From Dehalococcoidia bacterium (GTDB taxonomy: Bacteria; Chloroflexota; Dehalococcoidia; UBA2979), in assembly GCA_963667465.2 (NCBI GenBank), contig CAXXDN010000001.1, positions 864,001-928,000 on the forward strand: a stretch of DNA of 64,000 nucleotides, given 5' to 3'. The notes beneath the pieces are model-generated. The model saw nothing but the letters and a program-made list of their open reading frames with translations, made no database searches and was not told the DNA's origin. Position numbers and translations under genes: made by a program. This document shows positions 27,336 to 37,148 of this stretch, in pieces. How positions within the stretch are numbered: position 1 is the stretch's first letter; every line of letters starts with the position of its first letter.

Positions 27336-28643
27336 CTAGATGTAGCGGAGCTCCTTCGCGGCGGCGGTCAGCTTGTCGCGGAAGCGGGGGTGGGCGAGGC
27401 CGATGATCGCCTTCGCGCGCTCACGCGTGGTCTTGCCCTTGAGTTGCGCCAGCCCGTACTCCGAAGCCAGCCAGTGCACCTCGTTGCGTGGCGTCGTGAC
27501 CGCTGCACCGGGCGTGAGCGTCGGGACGATGCGCGAGACCTCCCCGCCCTTCGCCGTCGAGTAGAACGCGATGATCGACTTGCCCCCGGGCGCGTCGAAC
27601 GCGCCGCGAGCGTAGTCGTGCTGACCGCCCGTCCCGCTGAACTGCAGCGCCCCCATCGACTCCGAGCAGCACTGGCCCGTGAGGTCCACCTCGATCGTGG
27701 AGTTGACGGAGATCATGTTGTCGTTGCGCGCGATGTTCGGCGGGAAGTTGGTATAGGAGACGGGATGCGCCTCGATGCCCGGGTTGTCGTCGAGGAACTC
27801 GTACATGCGCCGCGAGCCTGCGGCGAAGGCGTACAGCGCCTTGCCGGGATGGAACGTCTTCTGCGATCCGTCCGCGACGCCGCTCTCGATCAGGTCCACC
27901 ATCGCGTCGACGAACATCTCCGTGTGGATGCCGAGGTTGCGATGCCCGTGCAGCGCCCGGGCGAGGGCGTTCGGCACCCCGCCGATGCCGAGCTGGATGG
28001 TTGCGCCGTTCGGCGTCATCTCGGCAATCAGCTGGCCGATCGCCTCGTCCTCGGGCCGTTCGGGGACCGGGGGCAACTCGGGGAGCGCCGCGTCGTGCTC
28101 GACGATCGCGTCGACCTCGGAGACGTGCACCCACGAGTCGCCGTGGACGCGCGGCATCTGCTCGTTGACCTCGGCGAGCACGATGTCGGCTGCCTCGATC
28201 GCGGCCTTGTTGGTGTCCACGTTCGTGCCGAGGCTCATGTAGCCGTGCCGGTCCACGCGGGAGACACAGATCATGGCGACGCCGATCTCCATGAACTCCG
28301 TGAACAGCCGCGGGATCTGATGGAAGTAGTTCGGGTTGAAGTGCGCGGCGCCGGACGCCACGAGGTCGCGATCGTAGCCGTTGACGAACAGCGATTCCCA
28401 GCTGATGACGTCGCTCACATCGGACGCGAGGATCGACTCGGACGCCGCCCGCATCGGTAGCAGGCTGGACATTCGCAGGCTCGAGAGTCCGCCCGCGCGC
28501 GCCCGATCCGCCACCGCGCGTACGAGGGCGGGCGGCTCTCCGGCCGCGCTGCCCTTGACGACCAGGCTCCCGTCGGGGATGAGTGCGACGGCTTCGGCAG
28601 GCGTGCGCAGCTTGTCGCGGTACAGCTCGATTGGGTTCGCCAC
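27336..28643 (-). CDS. Acetyl-CoA hydrolase/transferase (4-hydroxybutyrate CoA-transferase-like)
   Basis: EVNEQMPR, GATIQLGIGGVP, HTEM, SGTGGQHDY, GGKSII, SEYG...IAHP-like end. Confidence 0.9.
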   Translation of the reverse strand: MANPIELYRDKLRTPAEAVALIPDGSLVVKGSAAGEPPALVRAVADRARAGGLSSLRMSSLLPMRAASESILASDVSDVISWESLFVNGYDRDLVASGAAHFNPNYFHQIPRLFTEFMEIGVAMICVSRVDRHGYMSLGTNVDTNKAAIEAADIVLAEVNEQMPRVHGDSWVHVSEVDAIVEHDAALPELPPVPERPEDEAIGQLIAEMTPNGATIQLGIGGVPNALARALHGHRNLGIHTEMFVDAMVDLIESGVADGSQKTFHPGKALYAFAAGSRRMYEFLDDNPGIEAHPVSYTNFPPNIARNDNMISVNSTIEVDLTGQCCSESMGALQFSGTGGQHDYARGAFDAPGGKSIIAFYSTAKGGEVSRIVPTLTPGAAVTTPRNEVHWLASEYGLAQLKGKTTRERAKAIIGLAHPRFRDKLTAAAKELRYI

Positions 28644-28730
28644 CGTCGTACCTTCCCCCGGCGCCACTGCTGCGGCGCCCGACGGAGGCAATAGTAGCAG
28701 CGCCGCGCCGAGGGCCGGGATCGAGCGCCC

Positions 28731-29624
28731 TCAGGCAGCGTGGATGTCGTCGAGGTAGCGGGCGGCGAATGCGGCGATCAGCTCGGCGGCCTCGCCGGGG
28801 CGCGCGGACACGCCGACCCGCCCGTGCTGCACACCGATCTTCGAGGCCTCGAGGAGCGCGCGCGCGCACGCCTCCTCCTCGCCCCGCGCGATGTTCGGCA
28901 TGCCGCCGAGGCCGAAGGTCAGCTCGGCCGGGTCGCGACCGGCTTCCTCTGCGGCGCGGCGCACGGCGGCGGAGTCCTCCTGGTAGGTCGGCAGGCGGTA
29001 GATGCCGGCGAACCAGCCGTCGGCCATGCGCCCGGCGCGGCGGAACGATGCCTCGCTCCCGCCGCCCAGCCAGACCGGGATCGGAGTGGGCGGCGCGGGC
29101 CGCGAGATCCAGCCGTCGACCTCGTAGAACTCACCGTGGTAGTCCACCGGCTCACCGCTCCACAGGGCGCGCATCAGCGTGATCTGCTCCTCGATCCGCC
29201 GGCCGCGGCGCGGCCAGGGCGCGGACAGCACCTCGAACTCCTCGCGTGCCCAGCCGACACCGGCGGCGAGGTAGACGCGGCCGGGCCCGGCGAGCTGGGC
29301 GAGCGAGGCGAGGATCTTGGCGTGAAGCACCGGGTGCCGCATCGGCAGCACCAGCACCGCCGTGCCGAGGCGGATGCGCGAGGTCACGGAGGCGGCGAAG
29401 GCGAGCAGCGTGAGCGGCTCGAGCAGTGTGCGGTCCGGCCGGTAGCGGGCGGGCAGCCCGCCGGGCCGGTCCGGGTGCGTCGAGACGTGCTCCCGGGGCA
29501 TCACCACGTGGTCGGCCACGGAGAGGGCGTCGTACCCGCCCTCCTCCGCGGCCTGTGCGACCTCGATGACGTGCTCGCGCTGCGCGTGCCCGCCGAGCTG
29601 CGGCAGTCCGAGCGCGACCTCCAC
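28731..29624 (-). CDS. LLM-class, probably F420-dependent, oxidoreductase
   Basis: ADHVVMP, EPLTLLAFAASVTSRIRLGTAVLVLPMRHP, GVGWAREEF, IPVWLGG. Confidence 0.85.
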   Translation of the reverse strand: MEVALGLPQLGGHAQREHVIEVAQAAEEGGYDALSVADHVVMPREHVSTHPDRPGGLPARYRPDRTLLEPLTLLAFAASVTSRIRLGTAVLVLPMRHPVLHAKILASLAQLAGPGRVYLAAGVGWAREEFEVLSAPWPRRGRRIEEQITLMRALWSGEPVDYHGEFYEVDGWISRPAPPTPIPVWLGGGSEASFRRAGRMADGWFAGIYRLPTYQEDSAAVRRAAEEAGRDPAELTFGLGGMPNIARGEEEACARALLEASKIGVQHGRVGVSARPGEAAELIAAFAARYLDDIHAA

Positions 29625-29670
29625 GACTGCGGCCTATGCGGCCCGCGTGCGCCTGCGCCGGAGGCCGCTG

Positions 29671-30978
29671 CTACCTGACGCCCACCTCGTCCTTGATGAA
29701 GGCGGCGTCCGGGAGGTCCGGCTCCGGCTGGTAGAGGATCTCCTTCGCGTAGTCAGGGGTCGGCTTCTCCGCGTTGTACGGCTCGGTCTCCGGGTCGACG
29801 CCCGGCTCCGGCAGCACGACGGGGCCGCGCTCGCGCGACGGCAGCGAAACCAGGGCGTGACCCCACGAGGCGCGCCACTTCTGGCTGTCGTAGACCATCA
29901 CGATCTTGGCGAGGTTCTCGTCGCCGCGCTGGAACTTCTCGGTGACCTCGCCGTGGATCCAGCAGACATCGCCGTAGGCGACCGGGCGCCGGCCCAGCAT
30001 CGAGAGCTCGCGCAGGAAGGCGTCGTCGCCCATCCAGTTGGTGACCATCGTGGTGCCGTAGCCGCTGCGCGGCTGGAGCACGTCGAACATGTCCGGGAAG
30101 CCGGCGAAGCGCGCGAACTGCTGGTCGTAGTGGGTGCGCTCCGGCACGTCCGGCGTCTGCGTGTCCGGGTCCGGCACGTTGGCGCCGGGGTGGCGCTTGA
30201 AGTAGTTGTACATGTTGGTGTTGGACATCATGAACGGCGCGCCGGTACCCATGTAGTACGAGATGATCTCGCGACCCACGTAGGGCATCGTGATGTAGGG
30301 GCCGACCTTGTCGCCGACCTCGACGTCCTCGTAGTAGCGCGGCTCGGCGCCGCGCACCTCGATCTTGTCGTAGGCCTCCCAGAGGTCTTGCAGCTCCTCA
30401 TCGGTGTAGACGTGGCGGCGCCAGTCGCGGTGCGGGCTGGCGGTGTCGCGGCGGCCGCGTGCGGCGTCGCGCTCCCAGCGCTTCACGAGGCCCCAGTTGT
30501 TGGCGATCATCGTGCCGTCGTCCTCGTCCACCCAGGCGTGGCGGCGGACGACGTCCAGCATGCGGCCCGCGAAGCGGCTGGGCGCGAGGTAGTGGTCCCA
30601 CATGCAGCTCTTCATCTGGATGCGCAGGCCGAGGGTGACCGGCTTGTAGAACGTCCAGAACAGCGAGGCGTGCGTGGCGTGCACGCCGGGGAAGCCCCCG
30701 CCCCCCTGCCCGGCGCGACGGCCGAACGAGTCGAGGAACAGCGGGTGTGCGACCAGGCCGCCCCAGCGGGTGTTCGCGGCGTACTCCTCGTCCTGGAAGA
30801 GCGGGTTGGCATTGCCGATGCCGAGCGCGTAGTGCTCGAAGGCGTCGCGGGTGCAGTCGCGCCACCAGGGCACATCGGGTCGCCAGGAGGCGAAGCGCCT
30901 GGAGATGCGCTCCATCTCCTCGTCGGTGATCTTGCCCCAGGTGCTGGGTCGTTCTCGGCGCTCAGTCGTCACGGACAT
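29671..30978 (-). CDS. Tandem MaoC/hotdog-fold (R)-enoyl-CoA hydratase-like protein
   Basis: N-domain HYALGIGNANPLFQDEEYA..TRWGGLVAHP; C-domain YYEDVEVGD...HYD...TNWMGDDAFL...YGD. ATG after AAGGAG. Confidence 0.8.
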   Translation of the reverse strand: MSVTTERRERPSTWGKITDEEMERISRRFASWRPDVPWWRDCTRDAFEHYALGIGNANPLFQDEEYAANTRWGGLVAHPLFLDSFGRRAGQGGGGFPGVHATHASLFWTFYKPVTLGLRIQMKSCMWDHYLAPSRFAGRMLDVVRRHAWVDEDDGTMIANNWGLVKRWERDAARGRRDTASPHRDWRRHVYTDEELQDLWEAYDKIEVRGAEPRYYEDVEVGDKVGPYITMPYVGREIISYYMGTGAPFMMSNTNMYNYFKRHPGANVPDPDTQTPDVPERTHYDQQFARFAGFPDMFDVLQPRSGYGTTMVTNWMGDDAFLRELSMLGRRPVAYGDVCWIHGEVTEKFQRGDENLAKIVMVYDSQKWRASWGHALVSLPSRERGPVVLPEPGVDPETEPYNAEKPTPDYAKEILYQPEPDLPDAAFIKDEVGVR

Positions 30979-31068
30979 GCTCCTTCGTCGCTCGTCGGCA
31001 TACCGGCGTACCGGCAGCGCCACTATAATGCCGTTCACGGAAACGCGGGGCGCGTGCGAGGGACAGGC

Positions 31069-31185
31069 ATGGCGAACCAGACCGGCAAACGCTACTACTG
31101 CGAGCGCTGCGGCTCCGAGTTCATCGTCACCACCGGCGGCAGCGGCGAAATGACCTGCTGCGACCAGCCCGTCACGAGGCGCTAA
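31069..31185 (+). CDS. Desulforedoxin-like miniprotein 1 (38 aa)
   Basis: MANQTGKRYYCERCGSEFIVTTGGSGEMTCCDQPVTRR: CxxC-x15-CC mononuclear iron motif. TATAAT at 31024-31029. Confidence 0.8.
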   Translation: MANQTGKRYYCERCGSEFIVTTGGSGEMTCCDQPVTRR

Positions 31186-31188
31186 CCC

Positions 31189-31332
31189 GTGGTCAACGAT
31201 CTGGGACACCGCTACCGCTGCGAGGAGTGCGGCACCGTGGTGCTCTGCATCCGCCGCGGCGAGGGCGAGATCCACTGCTGCGCCAGACAGATGCTGCTGC
31301 TCGCCCCGCGCGAGTTGCCCTCGGCCGACTAG
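31189..31332 (+). CDS. Desulforedoxin-like miniprotein 2 (47 aa; absent from the ORF track)
   Basis: MVNDLGHRYRCEECGTVVLCIRRGEGEIHCCARQMLLLAPRELPSAD: same CxxC-x15-CC spacing; starts 3 nt after miniprotein 1. Confidence 0.8.
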   Translation: MVNDLGHRYRCEECGTVVLCIRRGEGEIHCCARQMLLLAPRELPSAD

Positions 31333-31346
31333 CTCGACTGGACGCG

Positions 31347-31811
31347 ATGCGCACGCTCGACATCTTCTTCGACGTCGACTACACGATTCTCGGCCTCGAC
31401 GGTTCACTGCGCCCGTGGACGCGCGAGGTGTTCGAGCGACTGCGGGCGGACGGGCACCGCGTGCATGTCTGGTCGGGCGCCGGCGACCGCTCGGCGGTGA
31501 TCCGGGAGCACGGGCTGGAGCACCTGGTGGAGGCCTGCTACCACAAGCCGCTCGCCGACCACGAGGCGGCGCTCGAGGTGCTCGGCGTCCCGCTCACTCC
31601 GGACTTCGTCGTCGACGACTCGCCGGAGATCCCGGCGGTCTTCGGCGGTGCGCTGGTGGCGGCCTACACGGCGGGCACGCCGAGCGACTTCTTCCCGCGC
31701 GACCGCGATGAGGAGCTGCTGCGCGCCTGCGAGGCGGCGCGCGAGTTCGCCACCACCGGCGCCTCGGCGGACCCTCGCTACTGCGCGAAGGGCAGCCGCG
31801 TCCGGCTCTAG
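31347..31811 (+). CDS. Small capless HAD-family protein
   Basis: FFDVDYT, VWSG, K, FVVDD motifs. Confidence 0.75.
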   Translation: MRTLDIFFDVDYTILGLDGSLRPWTREVFERLRADGHRVHVWSGAGDRSAVIREHGLEHLVEACYHKPLADHEAALEVLGVPLTPDFVVDDSPEIPAVFGGALVAAYTAGTPSDFFPRDRDEELLRACEAAREFATTGASADPRYCAKGSRVRL

Positions 31812-31915
31812 CGTGGGACGCCGCGGCGGCAATGGGGTCGGCGCCGCCCCGATGCCGCGCCCAAGGTGGTACAACAGGCACCGGGCGCGCGGACCGCGAG
31901 CGCGAGGGGGCGAGC

Positions 31916-33286
31916 ATGGCGGACAACGGGACGAGTGGAGACAGTGCCGGAGTTGGTACGGATAGTGGAGCGGCGCCCGGACTGCTGAGCGGCCTGCAGG
32001 TGCTCGACTTCAGCCAGTTCGCGTTCGGGCCGGTGGCCACGCGGCTGCTGGCCGACCTCGGGGCCGACGTGATCAAGGTCGAGCCGCTCGAGGGCGACTT
32101 CTCACGGCTGACGGCGGAGCCGTTCGTCGACAGCATCACCTTCATCTGCACCAACCTGAACAAGCGCAGCTTCTCCGTGAATCTCAAGGACGAGCGCGGT
32201 CTCGACGCTGTGAAGCGGCTTTGCGAGCGCGCTGACGTGCTGGTCGAGAACTTCCGGCCGGGCACCATGGACCGCATGGGCCTCGGCTACGAGGAGCTCT
32301 CGAAGATCAACCCGGGGCTGGTCTACGGCTCGTTCTCGATGTTCGGCGAGAGCGGCCCGCTCTCGCACCGCCGTGGCGGCGACATGTGGGCACAGGCCTT
32401 CGCCGGCTTCGTGACGAGCCAGACGGACCCCGAAGGCGATCAGTCGCCGTGGGTGAATGGACATAACGTCATCGACTACGGCGGCGGCGCCATCAATGCC
32501 TACTCGCTGATGGCCGCGCTCTGGCATCGCGAGCGCACCCGCAACGGCCAGAAGGTGACGAACAACCTCGTGAACACCGCCGTGCTGATGCAGTGGCCGG
32601 CGATCGCCCACTACCTCTCCGAGGGCATCGAGTTCCGCAAGGAGGGCCGTGGCGGGGTGCGCTCGCGCTTCCCCTACGCCGCCTACCCGGCGAGCGACGG
32701 CTACGTGCTGACGATCTTCGGGCAGGACGACACGGAGTGGCGCATCGTCTGCGAGATCCTCGAGATCGAGCACGTGCTGGACGACCCCCGCTACGACACG
32801 GTCGAGAAGCGCAACGCCGCGCGCCTCGAGCTCTACCCGGTGCTCGACGAGGCGTTCTCGAAGCGCACCCGCGTGGAGTGGCAGGAAGCGTTCCGCGCGC
32901 GCCAGCTGCGCTGCGACCCCTGCCTGAACTACGAGGAGTTCACGACGCACGGCCAGTTCATCGAGAACTCGATGGCGGTCACCGTGGACGACCCGCGTGA
33001 CGGCGAGCTGGTGATGCCCGCCAGCCCCGTGCGCTTCAGCAACTTCCCGCCGCCGCAGACGGCCAACCACTCGCCGATCCTCGGCGAGCACACGGAGCAG
33101 GTGCTCGCCGAACTGGGCTACGGCGACGACGAGATCGAGACGCTGTCCGAGGAGGGCGCCGTCGGCGTGCCGCTGCCGGACATGTTCACGGCGCAGCGGC
33201 AGCTGGTCGGCAAGGACGCACGCCAGCGCGGCGTCTTCAAGAGCACCAAGCTGGAGCGCGAGCAGCAGCAGGAGGCCTCCTCCTGA
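31916..33286 (+). CDS. Family III CoA transferase
   Basis: LSGLQVLDFS, LADLGADVIKVEP, NKRS, ENFRPG, catalytic-position Asp in VIDYGGG, PILGEHT. Confidence 0.9.
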   Translation: MADNGTSGDSAGVGTDSGAAPGLLSGLQVLDFSQFAFGPVATRLLADLGADVIKVEPLEGDFSRLTAEPFVDSITFICTNLNKRSFSVNLKDERGLDAVKRLCERADVLVENFRPGTMDRMGLGYEELSKINPGLVYGSFSMFGESGPLSHRRGGDMWAQAFAGFVTSQTDPEGDQSPWVNGHNVIDYGGGAINAYSLMAALWHRERTRNGQKVTNNLVNTAVLMQWPAIAHYLSEGIEFRKEGRGGVRSRFPYAAYPASDGYVLTIFGQDDTEWRIVCEILEIEHVLDDPRYDTVEKRNAARLELYPVLDEAFSKRTRVEWQEAFRARQLRCDPCLNYEEFTTHGQFIENSMAVTVDDPRDGELVMPASPVRFSNFPPPQTANHSPILGEHTEQVLAELGYGDDEIETLSEEGAVGVPLPDMFTAQRQLVGKDARQRGVFKSTKLEREQQQEASS

Positions 33287-34524
33287 CCACCGCGGACGGC
33301 GAGGGCGCGCCCGCAGGGGGCCTGCTGGAAGGCGTCACGGTCGTCGAGTACGGCCGCCTCTTCGCCGCGCCCTACACCGGCAAGCTGCTCGCCGACCTCG
33401 GCGCCGAGGTGATCAAGGTCGAGCACCCCGAGGGCGACCCGGCGCGGGCGGTCCCGCCCTACGCGGGCGACATCGAGGACCGCGAGCGCAGCCTCGCCTT
33501 CATGCACTTCAACACCAACAAGCTCGGCGTCAGCCTCGACATCGAGTCGGAGCAGGGCCGCGCGCTGCTGTTCGAGCTGCTCGCCGACGCGGACGTCTTC
33601 CTCGAAGACCTCTCGCCCGCCGATGCGGAGCGGCTGGGGCTGGACTACCCGAGCCTCGAGGATCGCTTCCCGCAGCTGATCGTCGCCGCGATCACGCCCT
33701 TCGGCTCGACCGGGCCGCAGCGCGACTACCGCGCCGAGGACCTCAACCTCTACATGTACGGCGGCGATGGCTTCACCAACCCCGGCGCCCTCGCCTACGA
33801 CACGCACCCCGACCGCGAGCCGGTGAAGCTGCCCTACGCGGCGGGCGAGGCGATCTCCGGCACCAGCGCCGCGCTCGCGATTGCGGCGGCGCTGTTCGTG
33901 CAGCCGCTGGCCGGCGGACAGTTCATCGACCTCTCGAGGCAGGAGGCGCACGTCTCGGTGATGCACCGCTTCCAGATGCGCAGCTACCTGACGGGCGGGA
34001 TCTACGAGACGCGGCCGACGAACAAGCACGCCTACGGCGACTGCGTGCCCTGCAAGGACGGCTACATCGTTGTCTACGCTGCGCAGAACCACCACTGGAA
34101 GATGCTCGTCGAGCTGATGGGCGAGCCGGAGTGGGCGCTCGACCCGGAGTTCGAGACGCAGGCCGGGCGCGCCGCCCGCGGCGACGAGATCCAGCGCGGC
34201 ATGGAGGAGTGGGCGAAGGACATCCCCGGCGAGGAGATCTACCGCGCCGCCCAGCGCCTCGGCGCGCCGATCGGACGCTTCCTCAACCTCGATGACGTCT
34301 CGACCTCGGAGCACGAGCGGGCGCGCGGCTTCTTCGTTGACGGCTACCACCCGATTGCCGGGGAGGCGGAGTATCCGCTGCAGCTCTTCCGCGCGACCGA
34401 GGATTCGCCGCAGTTCCGCCGCGCCGCCCCGCTGCTCGGCGAGCACAACCGCGAGGTGATCTGCGGGCGGCTCGGCCGCACGGCGCGCCAGCTGGACGTG
34501 CTGCGGCAGTCCGGCGTGGTGTAG
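33283..34524 (+). CDS. Family III CoA transferase, probably a non-catalytic (BbsE-like) subunit
   Basis: LLEGVTVVEYG...LADLGAEVIKVEHP, NTNK, APLLGEHN. The catalytic position reads AGEAISG. Start inferred at a CTG overlapping the upstream stop. Confidence 0.82.
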   Translation: MTTADGEGAPAGGLLEGVTVVEYGRLFAAPYTGKLLADLGAEVIKVEHPEGDPARAVPPYAGDIEDRERSLAFMHFNTNKLGVSLDIESEQGRALLFELLADADVFLEDLSPADAERLGLDYPSLEDRFPQLIVAAITPFGSTGPQRDYRAEDLNLYMYGGDGFTNPGALAYDTHPDREPVKLPYAAGEAISGTSAALAIAAALFVQPLAGGQFIDLSRQEAHVSVMHRFQMRSYLTGGIYETRPTNKHAYGDCVPCKDGYIVVYAAQNHHWKMLVELMGEPEWALDPEFETQAGRAARGDEIQRGMEEWAKDIPGEEIYRAAQRLGAPIGRFLNLDDVSTSEHERARGFFVDGYHPIAGEAEYPLQLFRATEDSPQFRRAAPLLGEHNREVICGRLGRTARQLDVLRQSGVV

Positions 34525-34549
34525 CGGTGCGAGGGAGCAGGGTGCGGCG

Positions 34550-35809
34550 ATGACGAACGACAGCCTCCCGCGGCGACCCCTCGAGGGCGTGCGCATCGTC
34601 GATTTCACGCATGTGCTGGTCGGCGGCTACTGCTCGCTGATGTGGTCCTCGCTGGGCGCGGAGTGCATCAAGATCGAGAGCAGCGCGCGACGTGACCCGG
34701 TGCGCACGCGCTCCGGCCGAAGCGCCGCGCAGGATCGCACGCAGGGGCAGATGTCCGTGCGCCGCGCGCGCGGCGGCCTCGACGAGTTCGGGCTCAACAA
34801 GCGCAGCGTCACGCTGAACCTCACGGAGCCGCGGGCCATCGAGCTTGCGAAGCGCCTCGTCGCCGTAAGCGACATGGTCGGCGAGAACTTCCGGCCGGGC
34901 GTGCTCGAGCGCAGGGGCCTCGGCTGGGAGGTGCTGAGCGAGGTCAACCCCGGGCTGGTCTACATCTCGATGTCCGCGGGCGGCGGCTACGGGCCGGACC
35001 GTGAGGACGCCGGGTACGCCTCGGTCTTCGCGGCGATGAGCGGCTTCAGCTCGATGTGGGGCTATGAGGACGGCCCGCCCGTGCTGTTCCGCCTGCCCTC
35101 CGACATGTGCGCCGGCGCGATGGGCGCCTTCGTCTCGATTGCGGCGCTGGTGCGCGCGAAGCGCACGGGCCGAGGGCAGCACATCGACCTCGCGAACCGC
35201 GAGACGCTCGCCTCCTACCTCGGCGACGCCTTCCTCGACTACTCCTACAACGGCCGCGTGCCGGCGCGGCGCGGCAACCGCCATCCGGCGTGGGCTCCGC
35301 ACGGCGTCTACCCGAGCGCGGGCGAGCACGAGGGCGGGCGCTGGATCACGATCGCCGTCACCTCGGACGAGGAGTGGCGCGCGCTGGCCCGCGCGATGGG
35401 CGACCCGGCGTGGGCGAGCGATCCGCGCTACGAGAGCGCCGCGGGCCGCCTCGCGGACCAGGACGCGCTGGACCGGCGGATCGGCGAGTGGACGGCGGAC
35501 CAGGACTGCTTCGAGTTGATGGAGCGCCTCCAGGCGGTCGGCGTGGCGGCCACGCCGGTCGGCTACCCGGAGGATGTGGCGTCCAGCCCGCAGCTCGAGG
35601 CGCGCGGCGCCTGGCGCGAGGTGGAACTACCGCAGGACGGCGGCACGACGCGCTGGTTCTCGCCCCCGTGGCGCTTCTCCAGGACGCCGACGGACATCCT
35701 TGAGCCGGCCCCGGAGATGGGCGAGGCGAACCACTACGTGTTCTGCGAGCTGCTCGGCATGGACGAGGACGAGGTGGAGCAGCTCAGCGCCGAGGGCGTA
35801 ATCGCGTAA
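34550..35809 (+). CDS. Family III CoA transferase (BbsF-like)
   Basis: PLEGVRIVDFT, NKRSVTLNL, ENFRPG, PSDMCAG, GNRHP..APHGVY. Confidence 0.9.
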   Translation: MTNDSLPRRPLEGVRIVDFTHVLVGGYCSLMWSSLGAECIKIESSARRDPVRTRSGRSAAQDRTQGQMSVRRARGGLDEFGLNKRSVTLNLTEPRAIELAKRLVAVSDMVGENFRPGVLERRGLGWEVLSEVNPGLVYISMSAGGGYGPDREDAGYASVFAAMSGFSSMWGYEDGPPVLFRLPSDMCAGAMGAFVSIAALVRAKRTGRGQHIDLANRETLASYLGDAFLDYSYNGRVPARRGNRHPAWAPHGVYPSAGEHEGGRWITIAVTSDEEWRALARAMGDPAWASDPRYESAAGRLADQDALDRRIGEWTADQDCFELMERLQAVGVAATPVGYPEDVASSPQLEARGAWREVELPQDGGTTRWFSPPWRFSRTPTDILEPAPEMGEANHYVFCELLGMDEDEVEQLSAEGVIA

Positions 35810-35963
35810 CGCCGCCTCGAAGGCCCCGCTGGGCGCCCTGCGGGATGCGGGAATCGCGCATAGTTGCTACCTTTGACGATGCAGGGCGGGGTTCGCGTGC
35901 AGGCTTGTGACGCCCACCCCACGCCTTCCCGCAACGTCGTGCCCGGACAAGGGAAACGAAACG

Positions 35964-37133
35964 ATGACGACGACCGCGAGTGAGCCGACGGCGAGCGACC
36001 CCACCACTAACGGTGCGGCCTCGAACGGGGCGCAGGCCGAGGGGCCGTTCGATGAGCTGATGAGCTTCGCGCAGGAGCGAGGCTACAAGCTCGACTGGCT
36101 GCGCAAGGCCGAGATCTGGGGCTCCGGCGAGGAGTCCGACCTCAGCCGAGGCGGCCTGCTGCTGCAGGATCTCGCGGGCAGCGATCCCGCCGAGGTGCCC
36201 GACAAGAGCGACAACCTGACCGGCCGCCCTCGTGGCACGCAGCCTCGCAAGGTCGCGCCGCGCGTCGGCAACTACCGCGTCCGCACGAAGGCGGACATCT
36301 GGCTGCGCAACGCCGCCGAGCTCTACGAGGAGGCTGTGCAGCGCCAGTGGTCCTCGGCGACCGACATCCCCTGGCACACCCTCACCGAGCTGCCCGACGA
36401 CATCGAGGCCGCCGAGTGCAAGCTGGCGACGTTCCTGACGGAGATCGAGTTCGTCGCCGGCGACGTGCCCGGCCGCTGGATCTCCGAGATCACGCCCGAG
36501 TATTTCGAGCCGCGCATGTTCCTGATCTCGCAGGTCGTGGACGAGGCGCGCCACCTCGATGTCTTCCGCAAGCGCGCCCTCGCCAACGGCGGCGGGCTGC
36601 TGGAGCGCAACCCGCGCGCCGGCAGCGATGTCTTCGCCGGCACCATCGACAGCGCCCGCGACTTCACGGAGATGTCGGCCAAGCTGCACATCTCCGGCGA
36701 GGGCTCCGTGCTGACGATCTTCCGCATGGGCGAGCGCATGGCCTACAACGACGCCGAGAAGATGATCTATCGCCTCGCCGCCTCCGATGAGGCGCGGCAC
36801 GTCGCCTTCGGCGTGATGCATCTGCAGTACCTCGGCCAGGCGATGCCGGAGCGGCGCGAGGAGATCCACTCCTATCTGGACGAGGCGGAGCGGGGGCTGA
36901 TCGCCGGGACGAACCAGAACCCGGCCGCGAACGCGAACCCCTCGAACGCCGCGCTTTCCGTTCTGCTCGGCGGCGGCAAGGACAAGATCGAAGAGGGCCA
37001 GCAGCTCGCGCTCGCGATGCGGCAGCGCCAGGTCAAGGAGTACGTCCAGCGCGTGACCGTCGCCGGCTTCGGCGAGCGTTTCGAAGAAGGCCGGGCCGCG
37101 GGCGAGTTGCTCCGCGCCTACGCCAATGCCTAG
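35964..37133 (+). CDS. Ferritin-like di-iron protein, putative catalytic subunit
   Basis: Complete E...ExxH...E...ExxH ligand set: TEIEF, DEARH, SGEGS, DEARH, with about 30 residues between each E and its ExxH. Confidence 0.85.
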   Translation: MTTTASEPTASDPTTNGAASNGAQAEGPFDELMSFAQERGYKLDWLRKAEIWGSGEESDLSRGGLLLQDLAGSDPAEVPDKSDNLTGRPRGTQPRKVAPRVGNYRVRTKADIWLRNAAELYEEAVQRQWSSATDIPWHTLTELPDDIEAAECKLATFLTEIEFVAGDVPGRWISEITPEYFEPRMFLISQVVDEARHLDVFRKRALANGGGLLERNPRAGSDVFAGTIDSARDFTEMSAKLHISGEGSVLTIFRMGERMAYNDAEKMIYRLAASDEARHVAFGVMHLQYLGQAMPERREEIHSYLDEAERGLIAGTNQNPAANANPSNAALSVLLGGGKDKIEEGQQLALAMRQRQVKEYVQRVTVAGFGERFEEGRAAGELLRAYANA

Positions 37134-37148
37134 GCGCCAGCGGTACGC

